Below are positions 17,102-27,016 of a stretch of 64,000 nucleotides of DNA, one piece after another. The first letter of the stretch is position 1. Each line of letters starts with the position of its first letter. The notes under the pieces were generated by a model, which did not search any database, was not told the origin of the DNA, and saw only the letters and a program-made list of their open reading frames with translations. The DNA lies in IMG/VR virus record IMGVR_UViG_3300005056_000001, positions 248,001 through 312,000 of that record; one strand, written 5' to 3'. Made by a program: the position numbers and the translations under genes.

Positions 17102-18608
17102 ATGCTTTCATATATGCCTTCGGGAAGTTCCATGGCTCGACCAAATACATTTCCTTGCCCTTTAAATGTGGGTATTCGGTGGTTATGTATAGTATGGCAC
17201 TCTTGGAATACTTCTTGTATATCAAAATATCCATTGAAGGTTTTGGTGCCCATGTTGGGGGCAATTCAGAGTCGTCGATGTCCCACGAAAAATATTGAAT
17301 CTCTTTTCCCACAATAAAAGGATACGATTTAACTTTGGATCCATTTCCCAAATGTCTTTCGTTAATTTTTTGATCAATAATAATGTTGTTATAGGTCGTG
17401 ATACCTTTTTCGTTGACCCCTGCGCCTTTGGTGGTGACATACCGCCCATTAACCATCTCTGTTTTGTTGCTAAACTTACGAACGGTTTGTGTATTACTAA
17501 GCTCCTCCACGCCCAATTTATTGAGCTCCTGAATATGTTTCGACATCATGTCCAACAGGTACGGAAGGTTATTGTGCTCGGAATTTGAACTTCGTAACAT
17601 AATATTTAGTAAATCCTTTAGCTTTTTCCTGATTATTTTTGGATACGATGTCTTCTTGACAACGATCCCTCCTGCCTTAACATCTTCCTCGTCTGACTTG
17701 TCTGTGCCATCCAATATAATAAGAGACGAACAGTAGCATTTTTTGGCATAAATATGCATCTTTTCAAGTATTTGCTCACACTCAAGAACATAGAAGTTGG
17801 TGGCATTTCTCATGTCACACATATTCTGAATTATCTTGTGATAGAATGGTATCAATCCCTCTAGACAGAACCATTCGATAAATCTACAAATACGAAGTAT
17901 GTCATCCGTTTCGGGGTCAATACCGTAAGACCGACATATATTTTCAAAGCCAATACAAATAGAATCGGTGTCCCCATACAAAACAGTGTGGCGGGTTGGT
18001 GTTTTGTCAATAAATTCTACCTTTGGATTGCCACGATTGCCACGTGGTTTGTGTTCAATGACCTCTTGTGATTCCACGAGATGAGGAATTGATTTTGGTG
18101 ACGTGTCCACACGAACAATATCCCCAAACCTTTCTTTCATCTCTTTAAAGTCGATGTACAAATCAAGTAGTCCTATTTTACCACCCTTGTAAGGAACCTC
18201 AACATTATCAAGAAGCCTTGTTGTTTCGACATCCAATGTCTTGAATATCCAACGCCCCTCTGCCGTAATGTCTGCGGCAACCTCCATTGATGTGTATTCG
18301 GCAAAAGATGCACCAACATAACCATAAAGACCATTCGAGTCCAATTTCTTGTTTTGTTCCAAATCGTAATAAAACGTTCGTGCTGCCTTGACCTTTGTGA
18401 GTAGTTGCTTGGCACCGTCAAGTCCCAAGAGCTTAATTGACTTGACTGTGTCAAGAAATTCGGCTGTCGATTCCTTGTTCTTGTCAAGTGCATTAACCCC
18501 TCCCTTGACTTTGTCGTGGTATGGATTCAACGGTGCCACCAAATCCCAATACATCAAGTCTGTTTCACCGACCTCGTTGCGCCTAGGAAAGTTATTAGGC
18601 TTATTCAT
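17100..18608 (-). CDS. family B DNA polymerase, C-terminal subunit (gp43B-like)
   Basis: Motif B (EQNKKLDSNGLYG), ITAEGR, motif C (YGDTDS), KKCY. No exonuclease domain and no DxxSLYP motif A. Confidence 0.85.
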   Translation of the reverse strand: MNKPNNFPRRNEVGETDLMYWDLVAPLNPYHDKVKGGVNALDKNKESTAEFLDTVKSIKLLGLDGAKQLLTKVKAARTFYYDLEQNKKLDSNGLYGYVGASFAEYTSMEVAADITAEGRWIFKTLDVETTRLLDNVEVPYKGGKIGLLDLYIDFKEMKERFGDIVRVDTSPKSIPHLVESQEVIEHKPRGNRGNPKVEFIDKTPTRHTVLYGDTDSICIGFENICRSYGIDPETDDILRICRFIEWFCLEGLIPFYHKIIQNMCDMRNATNFYVLECEQILEKMHIYAKKCYCSSLIILDGTDKSDEEDVKAGGIVVKKTSYPKIIRKKLKDLLNIMLRSSNSEHNNLPYLLDMMSKHIQELNKLGVEELSNTQTVRKFSNKTEMVNGRYVTTKGAGVNEKGITTYNNIIIDQKINERHLGNGSKVKSYPFIVGKEIQYFSWDIDDSELPPTWAPKPSMDILIYKKYSKSAILYITTEYPHLKGKEMYLVEPWNFPKAYMKA

Positions 18609-19401
18609 CGTGTGTAAATCTTGTCAAGTCCAAGAATGATGATAATTCTTTATCTTGGCTTTCGACGATATCACCCTCCATTGGAGTTGTGGCAATATAG
18701 AATTTCGAATTTCCTTGTTCAATAACAATCGAATCTGAGCCTGTATGAATATTGAACGAAGTTTTCTTTATGGATTCCAAATCTTTTTTATAGACCTTAA
18801 ACGGCTTGTTGATTTTGGCAATACCACATTCAAAAAAATCGTTAGTACAAGAACACATAACAGAGGGAAATCCACTTTCGTTATAGAACTTAATATGCAG
18901 TGGGTTGCCCTGTGCATCAAAACCGTCGGTTCTTGACACGCTTTCCATGAAAACTTTTCCGTCAAGAACAGGGATGACAACACCGCCATCAATATCGAAA
19001 ATTTTATCGTAAGGGTTTGCATCGTCACCCTCTAGGTTGTATTCGGGTGTTGGATGGTACAGGGTAAATCTAAGCCTTGGGCTTGAGCAAGAAAATGTTA
19101 TTTCTCTTGCGACTCTAAACCCTTCAAAATCATCGTCGGCATACTCAAAATCAATGTTTAAGTCATGACCATGAAGCCCGTTAAACTTCTTGACGGTTTC
19201 GTTGATGTCATAGAAGCAAAAACAGAAGCTTGAGGTAATATCGGTAAAAATAGTATCACTATCGAATGTTTGTAATAAAGAAACACCGCCATCCGTATTG
19301 GTTGCATAAGTCTTTTCAGGCGTTACAAAGAATACAGTTTTTTTGGTAACGCCATTTATGGCGGTACTCTTCAAAAGAGAAATGAAGTTTTTAATGTTCA
19401 T
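18601..19401 (-). CDS. sliding clamp (T4 gp45-like)
   Basis: About 266 aa, alternating beta/alpha pattern ending in SKFYIAT plus an acidic tail; overlaps the polymerase start. Confidence 0.5.
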   Translation of the reverse strand: MNIKNFISLLKSTAINGVTKKTVFFVTPEKTYATNTDGGVSLLQTFDSDTIFTDITSSFCFCFYDINETVKKFNGLHGHDLNIDFEYADDDFEGFRVAREITFSCSSPRLRFTLYHPTPEYNLEGDDANPYDKIFDIDGGVVIPVLDGKVFMESVSRTDGFDAQGNPLHIKFYNESGFPSVMCSCTNDFFECGIAKINKPFKVYKKDLESIKKTSFNIHTGSDSIVIEQGNSKFYIATTPMEGDIVESQDKELSSFLDLTRFTHDE

Positions 19402-19588
19402 AAAATATATCGGTTTGTGTAAAATCAAAAGCAATTTTTAAACCGTAACACAAAAATAGCCTTTTAATTTAATAATATCAAATACATAACGGTTTTTTAT
19501 AAAAAAAATTAAAATCAATGGGATTGTACACATTTAAAATGTACATATTTTGACTAATTTTTTAATAAACAACTAAAACGATACGCTC

Positions 19589-20080
19589 ATGATATTAGTT
19601 TTTAAAAAAAAGGGAACGTGTTTATACACATCTTACACCGACTACAATTTTTATGTTGCAGGAAAAGAGATCGAGGTTATTCCAAATTTACCCTATGAAT
19701 GCGGTGGTTTGAAAAAATTCAGGCGTAACGCCAAGGGTCGAGCACGTAGCGGATTTGTTGTCACACAAGCCGAGTTGGTCACGTCTGATATAGTTTTCAA
19801 ACTCGTCAATGAAAGAATACTACTTTTTAAGGACGGCAAAAAAACAAAACATGAGATTCATCTAGACAGGGCCACAATTCATAGGTCGAAGAAAAATTGG
19901 CTCTGTGAATTAGAGAAGGCACACACATCCGAACGTAAATGTGTCAATATATTTGCAAAACACTTCAAAATATCACCCGATGAATTGGGTGAGTCATACG
20001 ACATGCTTAGGCAATGTGTAAACGATGTCCATGCGCACAAAAAGACATGTCCATGGTTTAGGGCAAGAACATGGACATAG
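19589..20080 (+). CDS. hypothetical basic protein
   Basis: 163-aa ORF, GTACATA at 19541-19547. Confidence 0.65.
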   Translation: MILVFKKKGTCLYTSYTDYNFYVAGKEIEVIPNLPYECGGLKKFRRNAKGRARSGFVVTQAELVTSDIVFKLVNERILLFKDGKKTKHEIHLDRATIHRSKKNWLCELEKAHTSERKCVNIFAKHFKISPDELGESYDMLRQCVNDVHAHKKTCPWFRARTWT

Positions 20081-20182
20081 AGACTTTGTACATAGATCAC
20101 ATAACGGTCTAATAATTATACTATATTGCCCAAAAACCGTTATAACCAAAACAACTATAATTTTACATACATAACAAAAAAT

Positions 20183-20911
20183 ATGAAAAAGACCAATCTA
20201 GGACAAAATGTCGTAAGACCACACTTAAAAGACGGTAAATATCCTGCCCGAATTTACGCAACAAACCTATGGGTAGACATCAATGGCGAACGAAAACATT
20301 TTATCATTCCACATCTTGTTGACAGACCAACCGATGGCATACTAGCCGTAAGTGGTCTGTATTACACATTCTACCACGAAGAAATTGTTGATTCAATCAC
20401 ATCAAAAAAGTCGATTGGTATCGCATACGACACAGAGGTTACACTCGACAAAACCACGGAAGAATTGTTTATTGAGGATATTGAAGTGAAGGACGAAACG
20501 ATTGCGGGGATTGACGAAGACGAACAGAAAGACGAGGTGGCAAAGTCGGAACAAGAAAATGTTGTGACAGAACCAAAAGCAGAGAACGTGCCAATTGTGA
20601 CTGTTCCTGAAATTGTAGAAAATGTTGTAACAGAAGCCGAAACCACGGAAGAACCCACAATCGTACCCGAACCAATCGTAGAAGATCCCTTAACTGGCAT
20701 TGAGGAAGTTATCGAGAATGGTGAATCTGTTGAGGACGATATAATGACTGTTGAAAAAATAAATGAGATGGGATTCAATGGGATGAAAAAATATCGCAAG
20801 GAATTGTTTGCAGAATTAGCTACCAAGGGTATTGATACATCTTCAATCAAAAAAGGAAGCAAAAAGAATGAGGTACTTGCAGAGGTGTTGGCATTGTTTG
20901 CACTAAAATAA
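20183..20911 (+). CDS. acidic protein with C-terminal HeH/Rho-N-like helical domain
   Basis: E/P/V-rich linker, then INEMGFNGMKKYRKEL..GI..SKKNEVLAEVL. Likely start MKKTN at 20183. Confidence 0.55.
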   Translation: MKKTNLGQNVVRPHLKDGKYPARIYATNLWVDINGERKHFIIPHLVDRPTDGILAVSGLYYTFYHEEIVDSITSKKSIGIAYDTEVTLDKTTEELFIEDIEVKDETIAGIDEDEQKDEVAKSEQENVVTEPKAENVPIVTVPEIVENVVTEAETTEEPTIVPEPIVEDPLTGIEEVIENGESVEDDIMTVEKINEMGFNGMKKYRKELFAELATKGIDTSSIKKGSKKNEVLAEVLALFALK

Positions 20912-20934
20912 GCACATAATACATATAATATATT

Positions 20935-20972
20935 AAAAAGGCAAGTCGTTATTTACAACGACTTGCCTTTTT
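20935..20972. terminator. bidirectional terminator
   Basis: aaaaaggcaagtcgtt-atttac-aacgacttgccttttt. Confidence 0.85.
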
Positions 20973-20992
20973 CTTTAGACTTGACCCGTTGT

Positions 20993-22096
20993 TTACTCAA
21001 AAAACTTTTTGATATTCTCTTCATTAATCATTGCCATCTCTAACATACCCTTTGTTCGACCATACTCGATTAAATCATCGGCTTTTAATGACTTCTTTTT
21101 TTCGCACACATCAAAGTTATCCTGTGCTAATTTCACTTGTTCCTCTGCCAAGGCTATCGGCGACGGTGCAAAGTGTTTATACTCGTCTTCCTTAAAGTTC
21201 CCTGTTGCCTCGATCCTAACCAATTCTAATAATTTCTTTTTGCCTCTTTTTGCCACTTTATCCCAACCATACCTTCCTTCCAAAACATCGGACAGTTTAA
21301 GTGCTATGGTGTTGGTATCCATATAAATCAATTCGTCTGAATCACTTGGGTTAATACCAACAAATGTGTATGAAATTGCTCGAACGCCATCATAAACACT
21401 TTTATTAAAATCAATCGGTTTAATGTAACTAATTGTATGGTGATGTTTTTGTAGATACACCATACGTATATTTAGCGGTAGGGATTTAAAGCCCTCAAGG
21501 GTCAAATCCCCTATTTCTATCAACACATCAATCACGGCTTGTTTTGCAATCGTGAGAGCACTTTCGGGAATGTGTGTGTCTGATGGTGTATAATAATCGG
21601 TAGGGCGGCCATTGACCATTAAAAAACCCTTGTCAAAGCTTAGATTATTTCTAAAATCTCGGGATAGCATATGCAAAAAATCTTCTTTGTCGTGCATGCG
21701 ACATCCTCTACACATTCTGTTAGCAATTTTTTCGACCTGAGATTTTCGGTATTGTATGGTCTTCATTATATGAACACCCTTAATTCCTATACCGTCAATG
21801 CGGAGCAGTCCACGAATATTAACCGATATGTATTGGGCATATTCAGGATGTTGTGTTTTCAGAAATTCAATAACCTCTTCTTGTGTAAACAAGGCTTCAT
21901 TCTGCTTGATGATTGAAACGTACCGATCCATTTGTTCTTGCGTACAAGTTTCTGTATCATAAAATTTAATTCCGTCCACCCTGTCGCCGTCGATTTGTAT
22001 GTATGCCCAACCCGATTCTTGTTGAATCTTTCCGCCATACTGAGGCAATTCCTTGTTGAGGTAGGCAATAACCTCTTCTGTATTATACGTTTTCAT
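20993..22096 (-). CDS. hypothetical protein with internal ~70-aa repeats
   Basis: YNTEEVIAYLNKELPQY, FTQEEVIEFLKTQHPEY and HDKEDFLHMLSRDF units. Likely start MKTYN at 22096. Confidence 0.7.
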   Translation of the reverse strand: MKTYNTEEVIAYLNKELPQYGGKIQQESGWAYIQIDGDRVDGIKFYDTETCTQEQMDRYVSIIKQNEALFTQEEVIEFLKTQHPEYAQYISVNIRGLLRIDGIGIKGVHIMKTIQYRKSQVEKIANRMCRGCRMHDKEDFLHMLSRDFRNNLSFDKGFLMVNGRPTDYYTPSDTHIPESALTIAKQAVIDVLIEIGDLTLEGFKSLPLNIRMVYLQKHHHTISYIKPIDFNKSVYDGVRAISYTFVGINPSDSDELIYMDTNTIALKLSDVLEGRYGWDKVAKRGKKKLLELVRIEATGNFKEDEYKHFAPSPIALAEEQVKLAQDNFDVCEKKKSLKADDLIEYGRTKGMLEMAMINEENIKKFFE

Positions 22097-22239
22097 GTAT
22101 ATATTTTTTTGTTTAAATAAATAACTTACGCAATAATAACAAAAATATTCAAGAATCAAAAATAAATATACACTTTTAACTTTTTTGTACATAAACAACA
22201 CACAATTATTGTAACATCTCAACAACAAACCTATGATCT

Positions 22240-22902
22240 ATGGCAGGATTGATAAATAATGCTATCGTTAAGCTAAAAGGGTTTTTTAACAAGATAAAAG
22301 ACCGCTATCGGTTTAATTTTTTAACCGAGGCAGAAAAAGCATTTAAAAGCGCACCAAACAAACCAACCGAGGCACTTAGATGGTTCAAGAAGATTAAGAC
22401 CACCAAGGAGTACATGCACGGGAGGAAACCGCTAAAGGCAGGGCGATTGTATTGGTTTAAATACCAAAATCCTATCCATGAAAAAACACTTCCTTATTGG
22501 GACATGGAACCATTGGTTATTATGAGTTCAACATTTACGGTCGCCAATGGCGTGCGTAGACAATTGGGACTTAACCTACATCTTTTGCCGCCACATATAA
22601 GGGTTCGTGTGTTTGCCGATATTTGGGCGGCACACCAATCAACATTTAAGAAGGGTCTGAACGACAAAAAAAATCAGCCAACGTTCATGTTCTCATGGAA
22701 AACATTAAAAAGTAAAATCGGGCCGTATGGCGGAGACTTTGCGATTCGTATGTATGCCCCCGAACGAATAAAGGGCGCAATTGAGTTCGCCACAGAAGAT
22801 TGGCCAAAAGCGGTACATATACCGAGTAGACGCTACAAGAACACAAACCTAGTCAAACTCAACGAGGAGTTTAAAAAATTTCTTAAATCAAAAAGAAGCT
22901 AG
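22240..22902 (+). CDS. DNA end protector protein (T4 gp2-like)
   Basis: GRLYWFKY..TLPYWDMEPLVI..GLNLHLLPP..R is the gp2 signature; GTACATA at 22187-22193. Confidence 0.85.
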   Translation: MAGLINNAIVKLKGFFNKIKDRYRFNFLTEAEKAFKSAPNKPTEALRWFKKIKTTKEYMHGRKPLKAGRLYWFKYQNPIHEKTLPYWDMEPLVIMSSTFTVANGVRRQLGLNLHLLPPHIRVRVFADIWAAHQSTFKKGLNDKKNQPTFMFSWKTLKSKIGPYGGDFAIRMYAPERIKGAIEFATEDWPKAVHIPSRRYKNTNLVKLNEEFKKFLKSKRS

Positions 22903-22940
22903 GAATTTATTAAAATCGAGTCAAAGAAGAATACGTAAAT

Positions 22941-24758
22941 ATGTTCAGTTTTTTTAATCCAAAGAAATCACCTGTTATTAAAAATATATCCGAAAAAAAG
23001 GATAGCAACAATGTTAATGTCAATGTAACACTTAGCGGAACCAACGACACATTCGGGAAATCAACTACCATACAGGGCACTAACAATTTTGACCGTATTC
23101 GAAACAATTTCGGAAAGCATCAGGCGATTCTACAAAGACTTTCTCAGTACAACAGTAACATACAGGCTGTAACCACGGACACATTGTCCAAGATGGAGAC
23201 AATGCCCAAGGCCCAAGAATTCATTCAGGACTATTATAGTATGCTTTCGAATCACGAAACCAAGTCAAGGAAGGGTCGGGGCGGCGGATTCAATAACAAT
23301 ACAGGATATGAGCAACAATTAAGACTAAAACAAGTTGCTGCATTGGATGAGGTTGACGAGGTATTAACCAAGCTGACAACAGAATTGACTATGCCAACAG
23401 AGGGCGAAAAACACTTCTTCCAATATGATATAGACAGGGTCGAGCTAGAAAAGGCAGAGGTCAAGAAAGAATACATCGAAAAAATAGAAAAAATCGCCAC
23501 AGATTTTTTACCAAAAATATACCGTGAGTTAGGATTTAAGTTGAATGGGGCAAACAATGCCATGCACAATTACCTAATAGAGGGTCGAAAGGCCTATGAG
23601 TTGATTTATGACGACCCCGACAAACCCAAAAAGTTTTTACATGCCATTGAAATTGATGCACAGAGCCTAACAAAATTTTACCATAATGGTAGTGTGTTTT
23701 GGAAGTATGAATTTAGTCTTGATTCTAAATACGCAAGAACCGTGGCGCAATACAATAATGCACTGCTCAAAAACAAGCAGTTTCAAAACGGATCCCGAAT
23801 CTTGTATGATTGGCAAGTAAATCATGTTGATTGGTACGAGGACAGCGTAAAAGGGCATATCAGTTATGTTCATAGCATGATGAAATCATCCAATATATTA
23901 CGTATCATGGAAGAAACTATGATTGTGTGGTATGTCACAAACTCGTCTTATAGAACCGTCCATAAAGTTCCCACACAAGGATTGATGGGTAGCTATGCGG
24001 CCACAGCCGTACTACAAGAAAAAGAGGAATATACAACAGACATTGAATATACTTCTGCCACAGGCGAGATTATGATTGAGGACTCTGCCAACATACCATT
24101 TGAGAGAACCACATTTATAAGCGACGGCGAATATGGAGAGCCCTCTATTGAGGTGTTGAATGACAGGGGGGCCGCACTCGACAAAACGGATGTGGTTGAT
24201 TACTTCAAGGGCAAACTATACCGTGCATCCAAGATGCCACAGTCAAGGTTTGACGAGGAGGGAGGTGATTGGGCAATCGACCCGACTCGTGCACAACGGG
24301 AAGAGGTCTATTTTGCAGGATTCTGTCACAGAATTCGCAATACATTTGCACCGCTATTGCTAAAACCCTTGTTCATACAGATCGGTCTAGAAATCCCCGA
24401 ACTCGAAGGCGATGTTACGATTTTTGACAATATAAACATAAAGTGGAACAGTGTCAATCAATTCAAACAGTTGCTAGACTTGGCAGTGCTCACAGAGAAG
24501 CTAGGATATATTGAAAAGATACGGGACTCTTTAGTGATGACCACTATTGATGGTGATGATATTCCTATTATCCCATGGAGGTTATTGCTCCAACAACATT
24601 TGGGATACACCGCCGAAGATCTTGAAATAATCGAAAAGGCCCGATACGAAGAAACAGAAAAGTTATTAATCGAACGTAAGAATATTAATGAACTGAAAAA
24701 AAAGTACGGAATTGACGACGACGAGGAAGGTGGTGGTCGTGGTGGCAGATTTCGTTAA
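22941..24758 (+). CDS. portal vertex protein (T4 gp20-like)
   Basis: YLIEGR, NILRIMEETMIVW, DVVDYFKGKLYRASKMPQSRF, REEVYFAGFCHRIR are gp20 motifs. Confidence 0.92.
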   Translation: MFSFFNPKKSPVIKNISEKKDSNNVNVNVTLSGTNDTFGKSTTIQGTNNFDRIRNNFGKHQAILQRLSQYNSNIQAVTTDTLSKMETMPKAQEFIQDYYSMLSNHETKSRKGRGGGFNNNTGYEQQLRLKQVAALDEVDEVLTKLTTELTMPTEGEKHFFQYDIDRVELEKAEVKKEYIEKIEKIATDFLPKIYRELGFKLNGANNAMHNYLIEGRKAYELIYDDPDKPKKFLHAIEIDAQSLTKFYHNGSVFWKYEFSLDSKYARTVAQYNNALLKNKQFQNGSRILYDWQVNHVDWYEDSVKGHISYVHSMMKSSNILRIMEETMIVWYVTNSSYRTVHKVPTQGLMGSYAATAVLQEKEEYTTDIEYTSATGEIMIEDSANIPFERTTFISDGEYGEPSIEVLNDRGAALDKTDVVDYFKGKLYRASKMPQSRFDEEGGDWAIDPTRAQREEVYFAGFCHRIRNTFAPLLLKPLFIQIGLEIPELEGDVTIFDNINIKWNSVNQFKQLLDLAVLTEKLGYIEKIRDSLVMTTIDGDDIPIIPWRLLLQQHLGYTAEDLEIIEKARYEETEKLLIERKNINELKKKYGIDDDEEGGGRGGRFR

Positions 24759-24816
24759 TATAAGTAAATAGTACATACCGTAACATTATTGATTAAAAAT
24801 AACAATTTCAGATAAG

Positions 24817-26898
24817 ATGGAAAAAAAGATAATAGTCCAAACGCATCCCAAAATGTTTTTAGGAGAACACAAAGCAGACTCCATAAGAATTGATGAGTCT
24901 AGTGGCAAAGCATACACAATGTTATGGGAGAGTTCTGCAAAACCCTTAAAATACTATATTCCTGAAGGAATGTTATTGATCGAGGGTGTTATTGGGGTCG
25001 CCGATATATTAAACGAAAATGAACGAATGTACCCATTTGCTCAGTACGAGGAACATATCGAAAAACTACAACCAAGCATCCGAAGGGGACTGTACGGGGA
25101 AATGTTTCATCCTGACGGTATGGAGGTCAATATCGACCGTGCAACACACCGAATCCTAGAGATAAGAATCGAGGCAAACGGAAACGTGTGGGGGAAATTT
25201 TTGCTATTAGACAACAAGCACGGACTACAATGCCAATCAATCGTAAGGAGTGGTGGTTGTTTGCCTGTGTCTTCTCGTGGTTATGGTTCTATTGACGAGA
25301 ACAATGTCGTAACACTAGACGTACTTGCAACATGGGACACTGTCAATGAGGGTGGATTCTCGCAGGCATTAATGAGAGTGTCGGAGCAGTTGACCGAAAG
25401 CAAAAAGAACGGCTACACAACATATGTTTTTGAAAGCAAAAAAGGTTCGTACAAAACGACAACCGAGGCTGTCGAACAAACCAATAAAACGGTTTCAAAA
25501 CTAGAATCAAAAGTAACATCCCTTGAGTCTGCCCTAGAAAAAAGTAACACGCTTATGACTAAAATGTTGGCAGAATTTAAAGAGGGTGCCAAGAAGAAGG
25601 ACGAGGACGGCGATGACAAGTCTGACGACAAAAATACGTCTGACGACAAGAAAAAAGAAGACAAAGACGATAAGTCTGACGACAAAAATACGTCTGACGA
25701 CAAGAAAAAAGAAGACAAAGACGGTAAGTCTGACGACAAAAATAAGTCTGACGACAACAAGAAAAAAGACGATGTCGGCGCAGACAGCAAATCCGACAAG
25801 GAAGGTGTTAAAGAAATGTTGGCAAATCATGAGGCACGACTTCAGGTTATGGTGGCAGAACGATTTTTGTCTTTTGTGACAAAAATTAAGATTTTTCTTA
25901 AAGAAGATTATACGAATTTTGTTTCTGCAAACACAATCGAAACAATCAAAGAAAACAATACCAAATTAGCAACCGAGTTTGATAGTATTTTTGAGGCAAA
26001 CATACGGGTGGTTCTTGATGAGGTAAAGGGTTACATAGGAAATATCGAAGTTTCTGAGAGTGTCCCAACAATTACCCCACGTACATCGGTTACCGAAACC
26101 AAAGGCTTGATTATTGATATTGTTTCCAAGGCAGTTTCTCATAGTGAGGCAAGTACCAAAGAAAGTGTCGGGAAAATTTTCCATGTAGTTTCTGAGAGCG
26201 TGGATGCACTTGCTGTGAGAGTGGCACAATTGGTCGAGACGTCGGAGACGGTTGACAAAGAAGCAATCAAACAGATTAGAGGTTCAATTTCTTCGATTAA
26301 CAAAAAAATTGCAGAAAGCGTGATTGGTATTAATCGCACTATCACAGAGAATTCAGCGGCATCAAAAGAACAATCAGAAACGCTTCAATCAAAACTTGTA
26401 GAGTCCGAAAATAAAAACTTGTTGCTCAAGAAGTGGATGGAAAACGAATACTTGGTAGAGAATGTTTTGCCGCTATTTAACGAGGATGCAAAAAATTACA
26501 AGGCCGATGAATTGGTTCATGATTCCTATGTCAGCGTCAAAGAGAAATTAATCAATAAAAATGTCACACATGAACATGTTAGCGAGATTGACGAGATGTT
26601 GAATGATGCCGATAATATGACATTCAAGGAGAGCACCCAAATCACCGAGGGTTTTGAGTCAACAAAGATCTTCCGACAAATGCCAAATGAATATACAGGA
26701 CTTTGGGCCACAACAAGCCAAGCTGTTAAATCAAAAATTGAGGAATCCGCCAAGGTAAGAAACTTCACCAATGAAAAAAGCATCAAGGCTTTTTGGGAAG
26801 CACAGGAGTCTAAAATGTTTCATGTTGAAGTAGCAAAGCCAAAAGACATTCCTAGTAATACTACAGAACCCGTTTATAAACTCGATCCGAATCTATAA
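24817..26898 (+). CDS. prohead protease fused to scaffold/core domain (T4 gp21+gp22-like)
   Basis: NENERMY, GEMFHP, VSSRGYGS, TWDTV..GFSQA (gp21 catalytic motifs) followed by about 490 aa of coiled-coil rich in xxE sites. Confidence 0.9.
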   Translation: MEKKIIVQTHPKMFLGEHKADSIRIDESSGKAYTMLWESSAKPLKYYIPEGMLLIEGVIGVADILNENERMYPFAQYEEHIEKLQPSIRRGLYGEMFHPDGMEVNIDRATHRILEIRIEANGNVWGKFLLLDNKHGLQCQSIVRSGGCLPVSSRGYGSIDENNVVTLDVLATWDTVNEGGFSQALMRVSEQLTESKKNGYTTYVFESKKGSYKTTTEAVEQTNKTVSKLESKVTSLESALEKSNTLMTKMLAEFKEGAKKKDEDGDDKSDDKNTSDDKKKEDKDDKSDDKNTSDDKKKEDKDGKSDDKNKSDDNKKKDDVGADSKSDKEGVKEMLANHEARLQVMVAERFLSFVTKIKIFLKEDYTNFVSANTIETIKENNTKLATEFDSIFEANIRVVLDEVKGYIGNIEVSESVPTITPRTSVTETKGLIIDIVSKAVSHSEASTKESVGKIFHVVSESVDALAVRVAQLVETSETVDKEAIKQIRGSISSINKKIAESVIGINRTITENSAASKEQSETLQSKLVESENKNLLLKKWMENEYLVENVLPLFNEDAKNYKADELVHDSYVSVKEKLINKNVTHEHVSEIDEMLNDADNMTFKESTQITEGFESTKIFRQMPNEYTGLWATTSQAVKSKIEESAKVRNFTNEKSIKAFWEAQESKMFHVEVAKPKDIPSNTTEPVYKLDPNL
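25612..25772 (+). repeat. 57-bp coding tandem repeat (DDKSDDKNTSDDKKKEDK)
   Basis: About 2.7 near-identical copies of aagtctgacgacaaaaatacgtctgacgacaagaaaaaagaagacaaagacg. Confidence 0.9.
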
Positions 26899-26918
26899 AC
26901 GATACAATAAAACATTTC

Positions 26919-26955
26919 AAAAAGCACCAAATAACCGTATTTGGTGCTTTTTTTT
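26919..26955 (+). terminator. intrinsic terminator
   Basis: aaaaagcaccaaata-accg-tatttggtgctttttttt. Confidence 0.85.
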
Positions 26956-26970
26956 GTCCTTTGGCTTCTT

Positions 26971-26977
26971 GTACATA
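26971..26977 (+). promoter_or_regulatory. candidate late promoter GTACATA (representative copy, before major capsid)
   Basis: The same heptamer precedes at least 16 late/virion genes on the coding strand (see findings). Confidence 0.75.
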
Positions 26978-27016
26978 TCACGAACTTAAATATTATTAAA
27001 CAATAACCCAAAGATA

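Noticed and set aside
25413-25879. Alternative-frame ORFs over the protease repeat
   Set aside because: Shadows of the 57-bp coding repeat.
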